Source of the DNA: an uncultured Planctomycetia bacterium
GTDB lineage: Bacteria > Planctomycetota > UBA8108 > UBA1146
Assembly (NCBI GenBank): GCA_964422295.1
Contig: CAYRAM010000002.1
Location: forward strand, 24,052-88,051
DNA: 64,000 bases
Direction of reading: 5' to 3'
Shown: piece by piece, positions 55,011-64,000 of the stretch
How the letters are laid out: each line of letters begins with the position of its first letter
Numbering within the stretch: position 1 is the first letter of the stretch
Translations under genes and position numbers: made by a program
Notes under the pieces: generated by a model
Databases searched by the model: none
Seen by the model: the letters and a program-made list of their open reading frames with translations, nothing else
What the model was told of the DNA's origin: nothing

Positions 55011-57056
55011 ATGCACTCCCCAAATCCCCGGATACTCCGGTTTTTTGCCCTGATTCTGTGCCTATGGGCTTGGAATCCGTATGGCGAGGTTTGCGGCCAG
55101 TGTGTTGAAGAAGACCTTCCTGTTTTCGGGATCAATCCTGGTGATCGGGTGGGCCGTTCGGTTGCGGTCAGCGGCGGAAGGATCTTCGTTGGAGCGATAG
55201 GGGATGATGGGGGTGGATTCCTCAGTGGAAGCGTCAGGTCCTTTGTGCGCTCAACATCAGGGTATCAACTGGAACACAATTTCAATGGCCAATCAGGAGC
55301 AGAATACGGAACTTCCATCGCCGCTGATGGAAATTGGCTGGCGATCGGAGCTGCGGGCCAGGGCTATATCGAGATGTGGAAAAGGGATCGATTCGGATGG
55401 AACCATCACTCCACAATTATCGATTGGAATGGTCACGACGGCGACGGATTTGCCAGCAGCCTTGACTTTAATGATGACCTGCTCGCTGTAGGGAGCCCCA
55501 CGTACATGACAGACATCGGTGAAGCAGGATGTGTGACGATCTGGCGCAGAAACGCCATGGGATTTTGGCTCCTGGAGGAGCGGCTCCTGGTGGATGATCG
55601 AATCGAAGGAGATGACTTTGGAACTTCGGTATCGCTCGACCCCAACGAGGGACTGCTGGTGGGAGCACCGGGGAGAGATGCCAATGGAATCGACAGCGGA
55701 ATCGCAATCCTCTACAACGGGGGACCCGATGGCTGGTCAGAGTCCTCCCGATTTGGTTCCACCGTCGTCAATCCCGGAGACCGATTTGGCACATCGGTGA
55801 GTTTGCGTTCAAATCATGCTCTCATCGGAAGTCCGTACTCCAATTTTGCAGGCCCACTTGCGGGCAAAGTCATTTCCTATCGCAAAGCCGGCTCCATTTG
55901 GATTCTGCTTCCCTATTTGACCCCTGAGCCGGGATCAACCGGCACCGGATTCGGAGCGACCTTGGCGATCGACGGTAATCTGTTGGTCGTGGGAGCACCG
56001 ATGGATACCGGGAATGAAGCGATGCCATCGGGGAGTATAAATATCTACCGATACAATCAGGACTGGATATTGGAAAGCACCCACCAAGGCAATCTCGGTT
56101 CATTTTTGGGGACTGCATTGGCTCTTCACAAAGGAGTTGTTGTTGCAGGAGCACCGATGGACTCCACAGCAGCCGCACTTGGGGGTGGCGTCAAGTACGT
56201 CGTTTCGGGGGACAATGACTGTGACGGCGATGGGGAAAAAGATACCTGTGAGATCTTCAGTGGTGGTGAGCAGGATTGTGATCTCGATGGGATACCGGAT
56301 CAATGCGCGATAAGCCAAGGGCTTGTTGCCGATTGCGATAATGATCTCATCCCTGACAGTTGCTCAACACTTTCCGGGGGTGTTTCTGACTGTGATGCGG
56401 ATGGGGTCCCTGATTCTTGCTCGACAGTTCTGGGGCTGGTCTCGGATTGCAACGAGGATCAAATCCCCGATGTATGCCAGGAAGACTGCAATCAAAATGG
56501 TGATCCGGATGTTTGTGAAGTAATGCACGAAATTGCGGATTGTGATCAAAATGGTTTGGTTGATGAATGTGAAATCGCGGATGGCGGTCTCTCGGATTGT
56601 GATGGAAACGGACTTCCCGACATTTGTGAAGAAGACTGCGATGAAGACGGTTTACCCGACATTTGTGCGGTACTCTCGGGAATCGTAGAGGACTGCAATG
56701 ATAATGAGATTCCGGATGAGTGTGATCTATTGGATCCGCTTCTGAACTCAAACGGGAATGAACTTGTCGATGAGTGTGAGCCCCAATTTATTCGGGGAGA
56801 TGCGGATGGAGATCCGGGTGTCAGATTGGCTGATGCGATTCTGTTGCTCTCGCGGGTCTTTGGGGAAGTCTCCATTCCCGATTGTGACGAAGCCGCAGAT
56901 GCGAATGGAGATGGGGCTTTGGATATCTCCGATGGACTGTATCTGTTGTTTTATGAGTTTGCGGCTGGGGAGGCTCCTCCCGCGCCCTTTCCCGACTGCG
57001 GGATAGCACCTCCGGAGGCGCAACTCCCCTGCACGGAGCATCCGTCCTGCCCTTGA
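55011..57056 (+). CDS. Secreted protein with FG-GAP-like beta-propeller repeats, about 10 tandem TSP3-like Ca-binding 'DCDxDGIPDxC' repeats and a C-terminal dockerin-like module.
   Basis: Signal peptide 'FFALILCLWAWNP'. FG-GAP-like units 'FGTSVSLDPNEGLLVGAPGRDANGIDSGIAILY' and 'FGATLAIDGNLLVVGAPMD'. A repeat array from about 56205 to 56760 reads 'DCDGDGEKDTCE...DCDLDGIPDQCA...DCDNDLIPDSCS...DCDADGVPDSCS...'. The C-terminus reads 'FIRGDADGDPGVRLADAILLLSRVF...ADANGDGALDISDGLYLLFYEF...PFPDCGIAPPEAQLPC'. Confidence 0.65.
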   Translation: MHSPNPRILRFFALILCLWAWNPYGEVCGQCVEEDLPVFGINPGDRVGRSVAVSGGRIFVGAIGDDGGGFLSGSVRSFVRSTSGYQLEHNFNGQSGAEYGTSIAADGNWLAIGAAGQGYIEMWKRDRFGWNHHSTIIDWNGHDGDGFASSLDFNDDLLAVGSPTYMTDIGEAGCVTIWRRNAMGFWLLEERLLVDDRIEGDDFGTSVSLDPNEGLLVGAPGRDANGIDSGIAILYNGGPDGWSESSRFGSTVVNPGDRFGTSVSLRSNHALIGSPYSNFAGPLAGKVISYRKAGSIWILLPYLTPEPGSTGTGFGATLAIDGNLLVVGAPMDTGNEAMPSGSINIYRYNQDWILESTHQGNLGSFLGTALALHKGVVVAGAPMDSTAAALGGGVKYVVSGDNDCDGDGEKDTCEIFSGGEQDCDLDGIPDQCAISQGLVADCDNDLIPDSCSTLSGGVSDCDADGVPDSCSTVLGLVSDCNEDQIPDVCQEDCNQNGDPDVCEVMHEIADCDQNGLVDECEIADGGLSDCDGNGLPDICEEDCDEDGLPDICAVLSGIVEDCNDNEIPDECDLLDPLLNSNGNELVDECEPQFIRGDADGDPGVRLADAILLLSRVFGEVSIPDCDEAADANGDGALDISDGLYLLFYEFAAGEAPPAPFPDCGIAPPEAQLPCTEHPSCP

Positions 57057-57066
57057 AGCAGATCGT

Positions 57067-60000
57067 CTAACGGGAGATGGTCATCGAAGAGACGGTCCCC
57101 GAGTTCACATGGGCAATGCGTAGATCAATGTCATCCACCGATATACCCCAGCCTTCACATACTGCGGTGCAGTAGGTCTCCAATTGGGATTGATACCGAT
57201 CCAGCAATTCAGAAGCATCGCTGGCAGAGATGTCTGTTTTGAAATCCACGATTTCTGCAGATGTTACCCGATCGCCGGATCTCCTGAGGATCAACCGGTC
57301 TATGACTCCGTGAAATTCCCTGCCCGCAATCCGTGACAGGATTGGTACTTCTACCTCCAGAAGAAGATCGTCTGAATCTTCATAACCGAGCCTCTGGCGG
57401 GACTCATGTAAATCGAACAAGTTCCGGAACTGATCACAGTCCCTTGCGTGAATCAGGTCTGAGATGACCGCAGAATACAGTTGCACATCTCTGGGAAACT
57501 CGGCTTTCAGGATGCTCTCCGCCTGTTTCTTGTCGATCATGTCCCAATGACAATTTTCAAGAAGCGTGTGAATGAGTTCACCCTTGCGAAGTGCCAATCG
57601 TCTCTCCTCTGTGAGGTGAGAGGCTCTTTTGGAAGCGATGGCGGGACTGTCGACAGGCGAATCCGATGCCAGTTTTCTCTCAACGGCAACCGACCTTTTG
57701 ATCACTGATCCCGACTCGTCTGAATAGTCCCCGGGGGATCCACACTGATAGAGCGTTTGCCCAGGGACCCTTTCAACATCAGGGCCAAGCTGTGATACGA
57801 GAAGGGAAGCGTAGGATGCGTCGGGATATTCGCCACTTTCTCCCGGAGGAGGAAGCAACATCGTCAAAGTATGTTTTGCGCGAGTCATAGCGACGTAAAG
57901 CAGGCACAAGGTCTCACTGAGTCGCTGATTTCGAGATTGTTGGTGCATTTGCGGGTAAGGATCACCCACCAAGTTGAGTTGTTTCTCACCGACATACCTC
58001 GACAAGTGAAGAGGCTGGTGATTTTCCTCCAGGCTAAGGAGATCTGGAGTGGGGGAAAACCAGCGGAAAGCGAGTTCGGGCAAGATCACCGCATCAAATT
58101 CCAGGCCCTTCGCCTGGTGAATCGTCATCACCTGGACTGGAGATCCTCCGGGGCGGGGGACTGACCGCTGTCGCAAACCCTGGATCAGATCTGCCAAGCG
58201 AAGTCCATGGAAGCCGATGGTTCGCAGCTGTTCCATCAGTTGGCCAATTCTCACCTGGTCTTCCATGGCACAGAGAGAAGAGAGGGAGTCGCAGATTGGA
58301 CCAAATACTTCGGTAACCCCTTTGGTGAACACTTGCTTGCGCAAGTCTGAAATCACTTCCTCCCACGGTTGATCCCCATTCCAACCGAGGATCTGAGGCA
58401 GAGGGGATCTTTCTACGGCCAACTTCATTGTCGCGTCTCCAGGATGTTCGATCGCCTCAAGCAAGGCCAATAGCCTGCCGACAGCAGGTGAATCGGTGAG
58501 CGGATTGCCGCGCTCTTCACTGGCTTCGATCCCCCGTGATTTCAGGGCGTCCACCAAGTGGGAGATCTGTTGGTTCTTGCGCACGAGGATGGCGATACTG
58601 CCTTTTGGAGACAGTCGTTGCAGTCTCTCCACTTCCTCCAGCGTGTCCAAATATGGCCACACCTTCGATGATTTGTCGGCGTACTCCTGGGCGATCCGCA
58701 GAGTCACATGTCCTTCGGGTTTCGGTTCGATGGGGGCTGCAACCTTGTGTTTGTCAAAGAGGGAGGCCCAATTGTCGACGGAAGACTGGTCTCCGGGTTT
58801 CGGTGCCAATGCAGACATGTTGCTGAAGGTCTGATTGACGGTGCTGATAACCGGATCCGATGATCTCCAAGATTCGTCGAAACGGATCTCTGAATCGGGG
58901 AGCAATTTTTCTGCGAAGAGATCCATGACCTCTGCACGTCCTCCTCGCCAGCCATAAATTGCCTGTTTGCTGTCTCCCACACAGAATAGGGTTCGGCCAT
59001 CCGAGCTGTCCGCTGCCAATTCATCAATCAGGGGAGCGAGGACAGCAAACTGAATGAATGAAGTGTCTTGGAACTCATCGAGAAGCATATGACGGACCGA
59101 TGCATCCATACGATCATCGATCAATCCGGGTTGACCAAAGATTCGTGCGTTGAGCAGTGCGACGGGGACATCTCCATAATTGAGTCCACCCTGCTCTTTG
59201 AGTCCCTGGCTTCTGAACTGATCGTACTGTTCAAGGAGATTGCCAGTTGCAGCATTTTGTGCACGGATTAGGGTGCAGTACTCGCTGCGGATTTGATCGA
59301 GAAAAACACCGATCAATTGGCAGAGATCATCGGGGATTTCCCGGCGGTTGAAACTCAGGTCACCACTAAGGACTTTTGCCACCAGCCCTGTTTTGCAGAC
59401 CTCCAGCTTCTTTGGCAGATCCTCACCCCAGGCTAGACGCAGTTTGAGTAATGAATCTTCCCATGTTTTGAGAGGGCCGCCTGTTTTCTTCTCGGGGCAT
59501 CGATACTCTTCGAGTTCAGCTAATACTCGGTCCAGAGTGTTCTTTCCCGGACCCTGGAAAATGGACGGCAACTCCCATGCAGAGAGTGGATACTCACGCC
59601 ACTTGTCATGAAATTGGTTGACCCAACGTTCCAGGTCTGCAGCCACCTGACTGCCCAGGCTGCCCTTGTTGAGGCGGTGCATCAATTGGCGGGCACCCTG
59701 ACTGCCCTGAACCCCAAGAATCTTTTGAATTGCCCCAGAACGGACTTTGGCAAGGATTTCCTCGTCCAGAATTTTCCATCCAGGTGCGAGATCGCATTCG
59801 TAGGTAAACCCCGTCGCAATTTTTGAAAAGAATGCATCGAGGGTTGATACCTGAGACTTGTGCAACTGTGATAACAAATTTGAAAGTGCAGGCAGTACCC
59901 ACTGATCTCGCGCTTCTTCGGGGGAGACTGATTGCAACGAGTCTGCAAGGTCGGTGAATCCTTCCGATTGAAGAGCAGCTGTCAAGTCAAGCAGTCCCTT

Positions 60001-60195
60001 GGTTTCCAGTGCGGCGAGAAGTCGTTCTAGGATTCGCTCCATGATTTCACCGGCAGCGGAGCGAGTGAATGTGACCGCCAAGATGGAATCAGGAGATTCT
60101 CCACAGAGAATCAAACCGATGTAGCGGGTGGTCAAAGCGTAGGTTTTTCCAGAACCGGCACTGGCGCGGATCAGACGGTGATAGGGGAAGGTCAC
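57067..60195 (-). CDS. addA: AddA-like ATP-dependent helicase/nuclease (UvrD-family helicase with a C-terminal PD-(D/E)xK nuclease).
   Basis: Walker A 'ASAGSGKTYALT' and UvrD motifs ('TFTRSAAGEI', 'LLDEFQDTS', 'TIHQAKGLEFD'). The C-terminal nuclease motif is 'EIVDFKTD'. The GTG start at 60195 overlaps the upstream TGA (GTGA). Confidence 0.75.
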   Translation of the reverse strand: MTFPYHRLIRASAGSGKTYALTTRYIGLILCGESPDSILAVTFTRSAAGEIMERILERLLAALETKGLLDLTAALQSEGFTDLADSLQSVSPEEARDQWVLPALSNLLSQLHKSQVSTLDAFFSKIATGFTYECDLAPGWKILDEEILAKVRSGAIQKILGVQGSQGARQLMHRLNKGSLGSQVAADLERWVNQFHDKWREYPLSAWELPSIFQGPGKNTLDRVLAELEEYRCPEKKTGGPLKTWEDSLLKLRLAWGEDLPKKLEVCKTGLVAKVLSGDLSFNRREIPDDLCQLIGVFLDQIRSEYCTLIRAQNAATGNLLEQYDQFRSQGLKEQGGLNYGDVPVALLNARIFGQPGLIDDRMDASVRHMLLDEFQDTSFIQFAVLAPLIDELAADSSDGRTLFCVGDSKQAIYGWRGGRAEVMDLFAEKLLPDSEIRFDESWRSSDPVISTVNQTFSNMSALAPKPGDQSSVDNWASLFDKHKVAAPIEPKPEGHVTLRIAQEYADKSSKVWPYLDTLEEVERLQRLSPKGSIAILVRKNQQISHLVDALKSRGIEASEERGNPLTDSPAVGRLLALLEAIEHPGDATMKLAVERSPLPQILGWNGDQPWEEVISDLRKQVFTKGVTEVFGPICDSLSSLCAMEDQVRIGQLMEQLRTIGFHGLRLADLIQGLRQRSVPRPGGSPVQVMTIHQAKGLEFDAVILPELAFRWFSPTPDLLSLEENHQPLHLSRYVGEKQLNLVGDPYPQMHQQSRNQRLSETLCLLYVAMTRAKHTLTMLLPPPGESGEYPDASYASLLVSQLGPDVERVPGQTLYQCGSPGDYSDESGSVIKRSVAVERKLASDSPVDSPAIASKRASHLTEERRLALRKGELIHTLLENCHWDMIDKKQAESILKAEFPRDVQLYSAVISDLIHARDCDQFRNLFDLHESRQRLGYEDSDDLLLEVEVPILSRIAGREFHGVIDRLILRRSGDRVTSAEIVDFKTDISASDASELLDRYQSQLETYCTAVCEGWGISVDDIDLRIAHVNSGTVSSMTISR

Positions 60196-63002
60196 GATTC
60201 CGATCCTTCCCCGGTGGAATCTTCCACCATCGCAGAAAGGCTTGATTCTGCATCGATGACGACTCCCGCAAACGCACGATTCCATGGCGCAGGAAGTCTC
60301 TGAATCAACCAATCCTCCGGATCGAGCATTTCTGAAGCGATCTCATGGGCCAATTCGAGGGCGTCCTCGTAATCCTCGTCGGTCCATTGGGCGATCTGAA
60401 CAGAATGGGCAGAAGTCTTGCCCGGCAAGAGAAAGAAACCGACTTCTGCATCCGCAGGGATCGATTTGCCATCGATCAGCAGTGTGGGTGCAAAGTGACG
60501 ATAAATTGGCAATTGCAGGTTTTTCCACTCCTGATGTTTGCCCGCTTTTCTGCCGTGGTCCACTTCCGGAGATGGGCCCTGATCACTGGTTTTGTAATCG
60601 AGGATTCGCCATCTGTTTTCAGTTTCATTGTAGTCGATGCGATCGATGCGTCCCGACACTCCCAAAGTTCCATCAGGGACTTTCAGTTTGCATGACTGGG
60701 GATCCAATCGCATTTCGGTGGCCATGATGCGCCAACCTTGATGCATCAATTTCGACTGTTCCACCGCCCAGATCTCCAGGCGGGCACGAGCCTGTTCGAT
60801 TTGCACGAGCACCGCTGCCCGAGGGTGTTGGGCCAGTTTTCTATTGCGGTATTGCAAAAGCAATTCATCGATGGCCGCGAGGATTTGATCCGATTCTTCG
60901 AGGATTCGGTATTGAGAAGATTTGCCATATTTTTCGAGGACCCAGTGGACCATGTTTCCGAAGGCAAGCGGATTCAACTGTCGATCCCGGTCGTGGCATT
61001 CGGAATATCCGAGTTCCCTCTCCAATTGGAAAAGAACAGGATCTGTGATCCAGCGAGCAAACCCTGTCACGGAGACGTGGGCGGGGGCGGGAGTGTCGAT
61101 GCGTACCGGAGGTCCGAGATCCGCCGGTTCACCCTCGGGCGCGTTGATCGGTTCCTCGAGGCGAATCCGTTTTTCAGGATCGAGAAAGTGTTGCAATCGT
61201 TGGATCCCCGAATCTCCACGAAGGAGCAGTCGAGAAGGAAGTAGTGGATTCCCTTGTGAATCTCTGGCAGCAATCGCGAGAACAGTCTGTCGGTGGCCAT
61301 CGAAGAGAGTGTGAAGCAGATGGGTGTCCCTGGCGACACGCTCCTCATAACCGGGAATCTTCAATTCCCTGCGCAATGACTCAGGAAGGAGAGGATCGGA
61401 CAGGTGAGATCCGGAGACCTTTCCTTCACTGATGCCCGTCAAGACGAGGTGGGAGGAAGCATCCATCGCCAACTCGAGCCAGCCGAGGCCCTCGATCGAA
61501 TCGGGTTCCGCGTTGTCAGGGAGTGGTGTTTCAGAAGTCAGGTCACACACGAGGCTGGAAAGGCCTTCAGCGGAGACGTTTACCGAAGAGCCGAAGCCAC
61601 ATTCCCGCAATTTGTCCAAAGTGGTCATCACGATTTCTGCTTCCCCATCGGGTAGATCTGGAAGCCCATCGTCGTCACTTCCGACGAGATTGATCATGAC
61701 TTCAAGAAATTGATCGACCCTTTGCTGAAGCTGATCCTCGCCACTCTGGAGGGGCAACAGTTGTTGGAGCAGATGCTTGAGTGCCGGTGGAGCATCGGAG
61801 TCCTCAGCAAGAATCGGTTGCCGATTTGTGCTCCAACGATCGAAATCGCTGAGGACGTCGATATCATTTCCATCCTGATCCTGCCTCTGTGGCAATCGCC
61901 GGAGGATGTCCGGGTGCCTCGCCAATGCCGCAAAGGCGGCAAATGAACCGCTCGAGATCGCCTCCCGGATTCCTTCCAGTAGCCTCCCGCTGGAGGTCTG
62001 GGAGTGCAGTTTTCCTGTGGCGATATGGAGACCCATTCCCCTGCGGCGCAGAGATTCTGATAGGGGTGGAACAAGATCTTCATCGAGGATACCGAGGGTG
62101 ACATCCGAGACCTTTTCAATCGATGATTGTTTCGAAATATGGTCGAGGATTGCCAGGGACAAATCTCTGGGCTGATCTGCAATGATGAGAGGGACCGTAT
62201 CCGGGACGGCGACGCTTTCCCACAGTTCGGGGATCGGCTGTCCCCATTCGTCATACCGATCTGCAATTGACGAATCTGCATCGATCCAAGTTTGACAGCG
62301 GCAATTTTCATCGAGCCACTCGCGGATGTTGGAAGGCAGTTCAGAAATACCGACGAGTATCACCTGCCGTCCGGGAAGGCGCGGGAGAGCATCGACAAAT
62401 CCGCTCGGCTGAACTCCCCAATCTCGCAACAGATCCAACCTGCGATTCTCAAGATCTTCAAGAGCTCGCAAGCGCATCGCTGCGGCAGTGTCCCTGGGAG
62501 CAATCAAATGGGCTGCAGCACCGGGGTTCGATCCTTCCTGCTTCAGGTGGCGGATGGTGCGGGCATACAATTGACTCATTTTGAGAAGGCCTGCAATACC
62601 CCCGTTGGTCTCATCATCCATCCCCAATTGTTGCTTCTCTGCAGATGTGGCACCTTGAAGTGCCAGAAGCCAGGAGAGTCTCTCCTCGGCCTGAGTAACG
62701 AGAGGCAACTTTCCCTGGGCGAGCACCGTTTCCAATTGTCCTGGAGTGATGATTTCAGGGGGCAGAACGCCCGCATTGCGGGTGTGACTTTGTTCGGACA
62801 GTTGTCTGATGAGAAGCCGACATGCCCTGCTTCCCGGAAGAACCACCAGGTATTCCCGGAGGTCGAGGGGGCCATCTGCGGAGTTTTGGGCTGCAAGGTC
62901 CAGCAATCGGTCCGAGGTCGCTCTCAGAACCGGCTGTGATTTTCCCAGAAATACACGCTGAAATTTGCTCAATCGACCTGCTTTCTTCCCTCTCCTACGC
63001 AA
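60192..63002 (-). CDS. addB: AddB-like double-strand-break repair protein (inactive helicase scaffold with a C-terminal PD-(D/E)xK nuclease).
   Basis: It lies upstream of addA and is translationally coupled to it. It is about 936 aa and has no canonical Walker A. The C-terminal RecB-family nuclease motif is 'RWRILDYKTS'. Confidence 0.6.
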   Translation of the reverse strand: MRRRGKKAGRLSKFQRVFLGKSQPVLRATSDRLLDLAAQNSADGPLDLREYLVVLPGSRACRLLIRQLSEQSHTRNAGVLPPEIITPGQLETVLAQGKLPLVTQAEERLSWLLALQGATSAEKQQLGMDDETNGGIAGLLKMSQLYARTIRHLKQEGSNPGAAAHLIAPRDTAAAMRLRALEDLENRRLDLLRDWGVQPSGFVDALPRLPGRQVILVGISELPSNIREWLDENCRCQTWIDADSSIADRYDEWGQPIPELWESVAVPDTVPLIIADQPRDLSLAILDHISKQSSIEKVSDVTLGILDEDLVPPLSESLRRRGMGLHIATGKLHSQTSSGRLLEGIREAISSGSFAAFAALARHPDILRRLPQRQDQDGNDIDVLSDFDRWSTNRQPILAEDSDAPPALKHLLQQLLPLQSGEDQLQQRVDQFLEVMINLVGSDDDGLPDLPDGEAEIVMTTLDKLRECGFGSSVNVSAEGLSSLVCDLTSETPLPDNAEPDSIEGLGWLELAMDASSHLVLTGISEGKVSGSHLSDPLLPESLRRELKIPGYEERVARDTHLLHTLFDGHRQTVLAIAARDSQGNPLLPSRLLLRGDSGIQRLQHFLDPEKRIRLEEPINAPEGEPADLGPPVRIDTPAPAHVSVTGFARWITDPVLFQLERELGYSECHDRDRQLNPLAFGNMVHWVLEKYGKSSQYRILEESDQILAAIDELLLQYRNRKLAQHPRAAVLVQIEQARARLEIWAVEQSKLMHQGWRIMATEMRLDPQSCKLKVPDGTLGVSGRIDRIDYNETENRWRILDYKTSDQGPSPEVDHGRKAGKHQEWKNLQLPIYRHFAPTLLIDGKSIPADAEVGFFLLPGKTSAHSVQIAQWTDEDYEDALELAHEIASEMLDPEDWLIQRLPAPWNRAFAGVVIDAESSLSAMVEDSTGEGSES

Positions 63003-63106
63003 AGTACTCCCGGAACTGACAAGATCTGAACTTGAGGCCTGAAAACTTCCCCGTCAAGGGCGTCTCTTTCATGGCCTGAGACCCTTCCCAAGGTTAAATT
63101 CCACCT

Positions 63107-63990
63107 ATGGCTTCCCGAACCGACCCCTCCTACGGATTCGTTATCGACAATCGCCGTTGCATCGGCTGCCATGCGTGTACGGTAGCGTGCAAGACGGAGC
63201 ACTCTGATCCTGTGGGCATCAACAAGACTTGGGTCCAATACCTGGAAAAAGGGGTCCATCCCAAGGCTGAACGCGCTTTCCACGTGCTCAGGTGCAATCA
63301 TTGTGCCGAGGCCCCCTGCGTGGAGATTTGTCCAACGTCATCGTTGTCAGTGCGCAAGGATGCCATCGTCGATTTTGATTCTTCCCGTTGCATCGGCTGT
63401 AAGGCTTGCATGCAGGCATGTCCCTACGATGCCATCGATATTCATCCGGAAACAGGCACTGCAACCAAGTGTAACTATTGCAGTCACAGGGTCGATGCCG
63501 GTCGTGAACCTGCGTGTGCTGTAGTGTGTCCAACGGGGGCCATCGTAACGGGTGACATGGCTGATCCGGGGAGCAGGATCTCTCGCCTCGTTGCAGGAGA
63601 GCCGACGATGGTTCGGAAACCAGAAAAAGGAACGCGGCCGAAGATCCATTACATCGAAGGCCATGTGGAAGCGCTCGATCCACTCGCCAGTCATCGACCA
63701 GTCACCACACTTTGGGGCCAGCGGAAGCCGGATGGAACAGATGACAGCGCGGGAGCAGTGGAGGTCCCGCGCGGGGCACCGACGAGATCCTATGACATCC
63801 ATCAGCGCCATGCGCTCAGTTGGGGCTGGAAGGTCAGTGCGTACTTGTGGACCAAATCCATCGCCGCAGGAGTATTGATGGTCCCTGCTCTGCTTTTGCC
63901 CTTTGAACGGCGGAGCCTTGTCGATGGTGCGATGAACCTCGCCTGGCCTCTGGCACTGATTTTCATGGCGATCACAGGGGTACTTCTGGT
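63107..63990 (+). CDS. Four-cluster 4Fe-4S ferredoxin-type electron-transfer subunit (DmsB/PsrB/NrfC-like), 3'-truncated by the window edge and entering a membrane domain.
   Basis: Hand-translated from the ATG at 63107 with no stop before the window end. Cys clusters are 'CIGCHACTVACK', 'CNHCAEAPCVEICPT', 'CIGCKACMQACPYDAI' and 'CNYCSHR...CAVVCPTGAI', followed by hydrophobic helices 'IAAGVLMVPALLLPF...LALIFMAITGVLLVADL'. It is absent from the ORF track because it has no stop inside the window. Confidence 0.6.
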
Positions 63991-64000
63991 GGCGGATCTC

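Noticed and set aside
56205-56760. Regular nucleotide periodicity that could suggest a CRISPR-like or satellite array.
   Set aside because: It lies inside a continuous ORF and encodes TSP3-like protein repeats. The spacers are not unique and there is no repeat-spacer architecture.
1-64000. Mobile elements, integrases, transposases or phage genes.
   Set aside because: No recognisable transposase or integrase motifs, inverted terminal repeats or tRNA-adjacent islands were seen. The region reads as native chromosome.

Overview
The window is high-GC bacterial chromosomal DNA that is densely coding on both strands. No rRNA, tRNA, CRISPR array or obvious mobile element was seen.

Recognisable housekeeping genes: an aldehyde dehydrogenase (PaaN/BoxD-like), a stand-alone EF-G (fusA paralog), mraY, a type-2 ileS, a ThiO-like FAD oxidoreductase, pdxS-pdxT, an addB-addA pair, an ABC-2 exporter pair, and an iron-homeostasis cluster (FMN_bind–ApbE fusion, feoB, feoA, a DtxR-family regulator and a ferritin-like gene).

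Three features stand out.
- A 12.3-kb run of eight translationally coupled genes (42538-54876) encodes nine signal-peptide-bearing amidohydrolase-superfamily modules. Only one of them keeps the canonical H-x-H metal-binding motif.
- Three thioredoxin-fold genes have an in-frame TGA exactly where the first Cys of the CxxC motif should be, and each has a hairpin downstream. This is strong evidence for selenocysteine (U-x-x-C) proteins.
- Four secreted proteins end in a conserved dockerin-like twin Ca-loop module.

A 16-bp palindrome (GTTTGGnnnGCCAAAC) occurs three times: upstream of the feoB operon, upstream of an outer-membrane-porin-like gene, and upstream of the DtxR-family gene itself. This looks like a metal-regulon operator.

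All calls rest on reading motifs in the supplied translations. No database search was possible.
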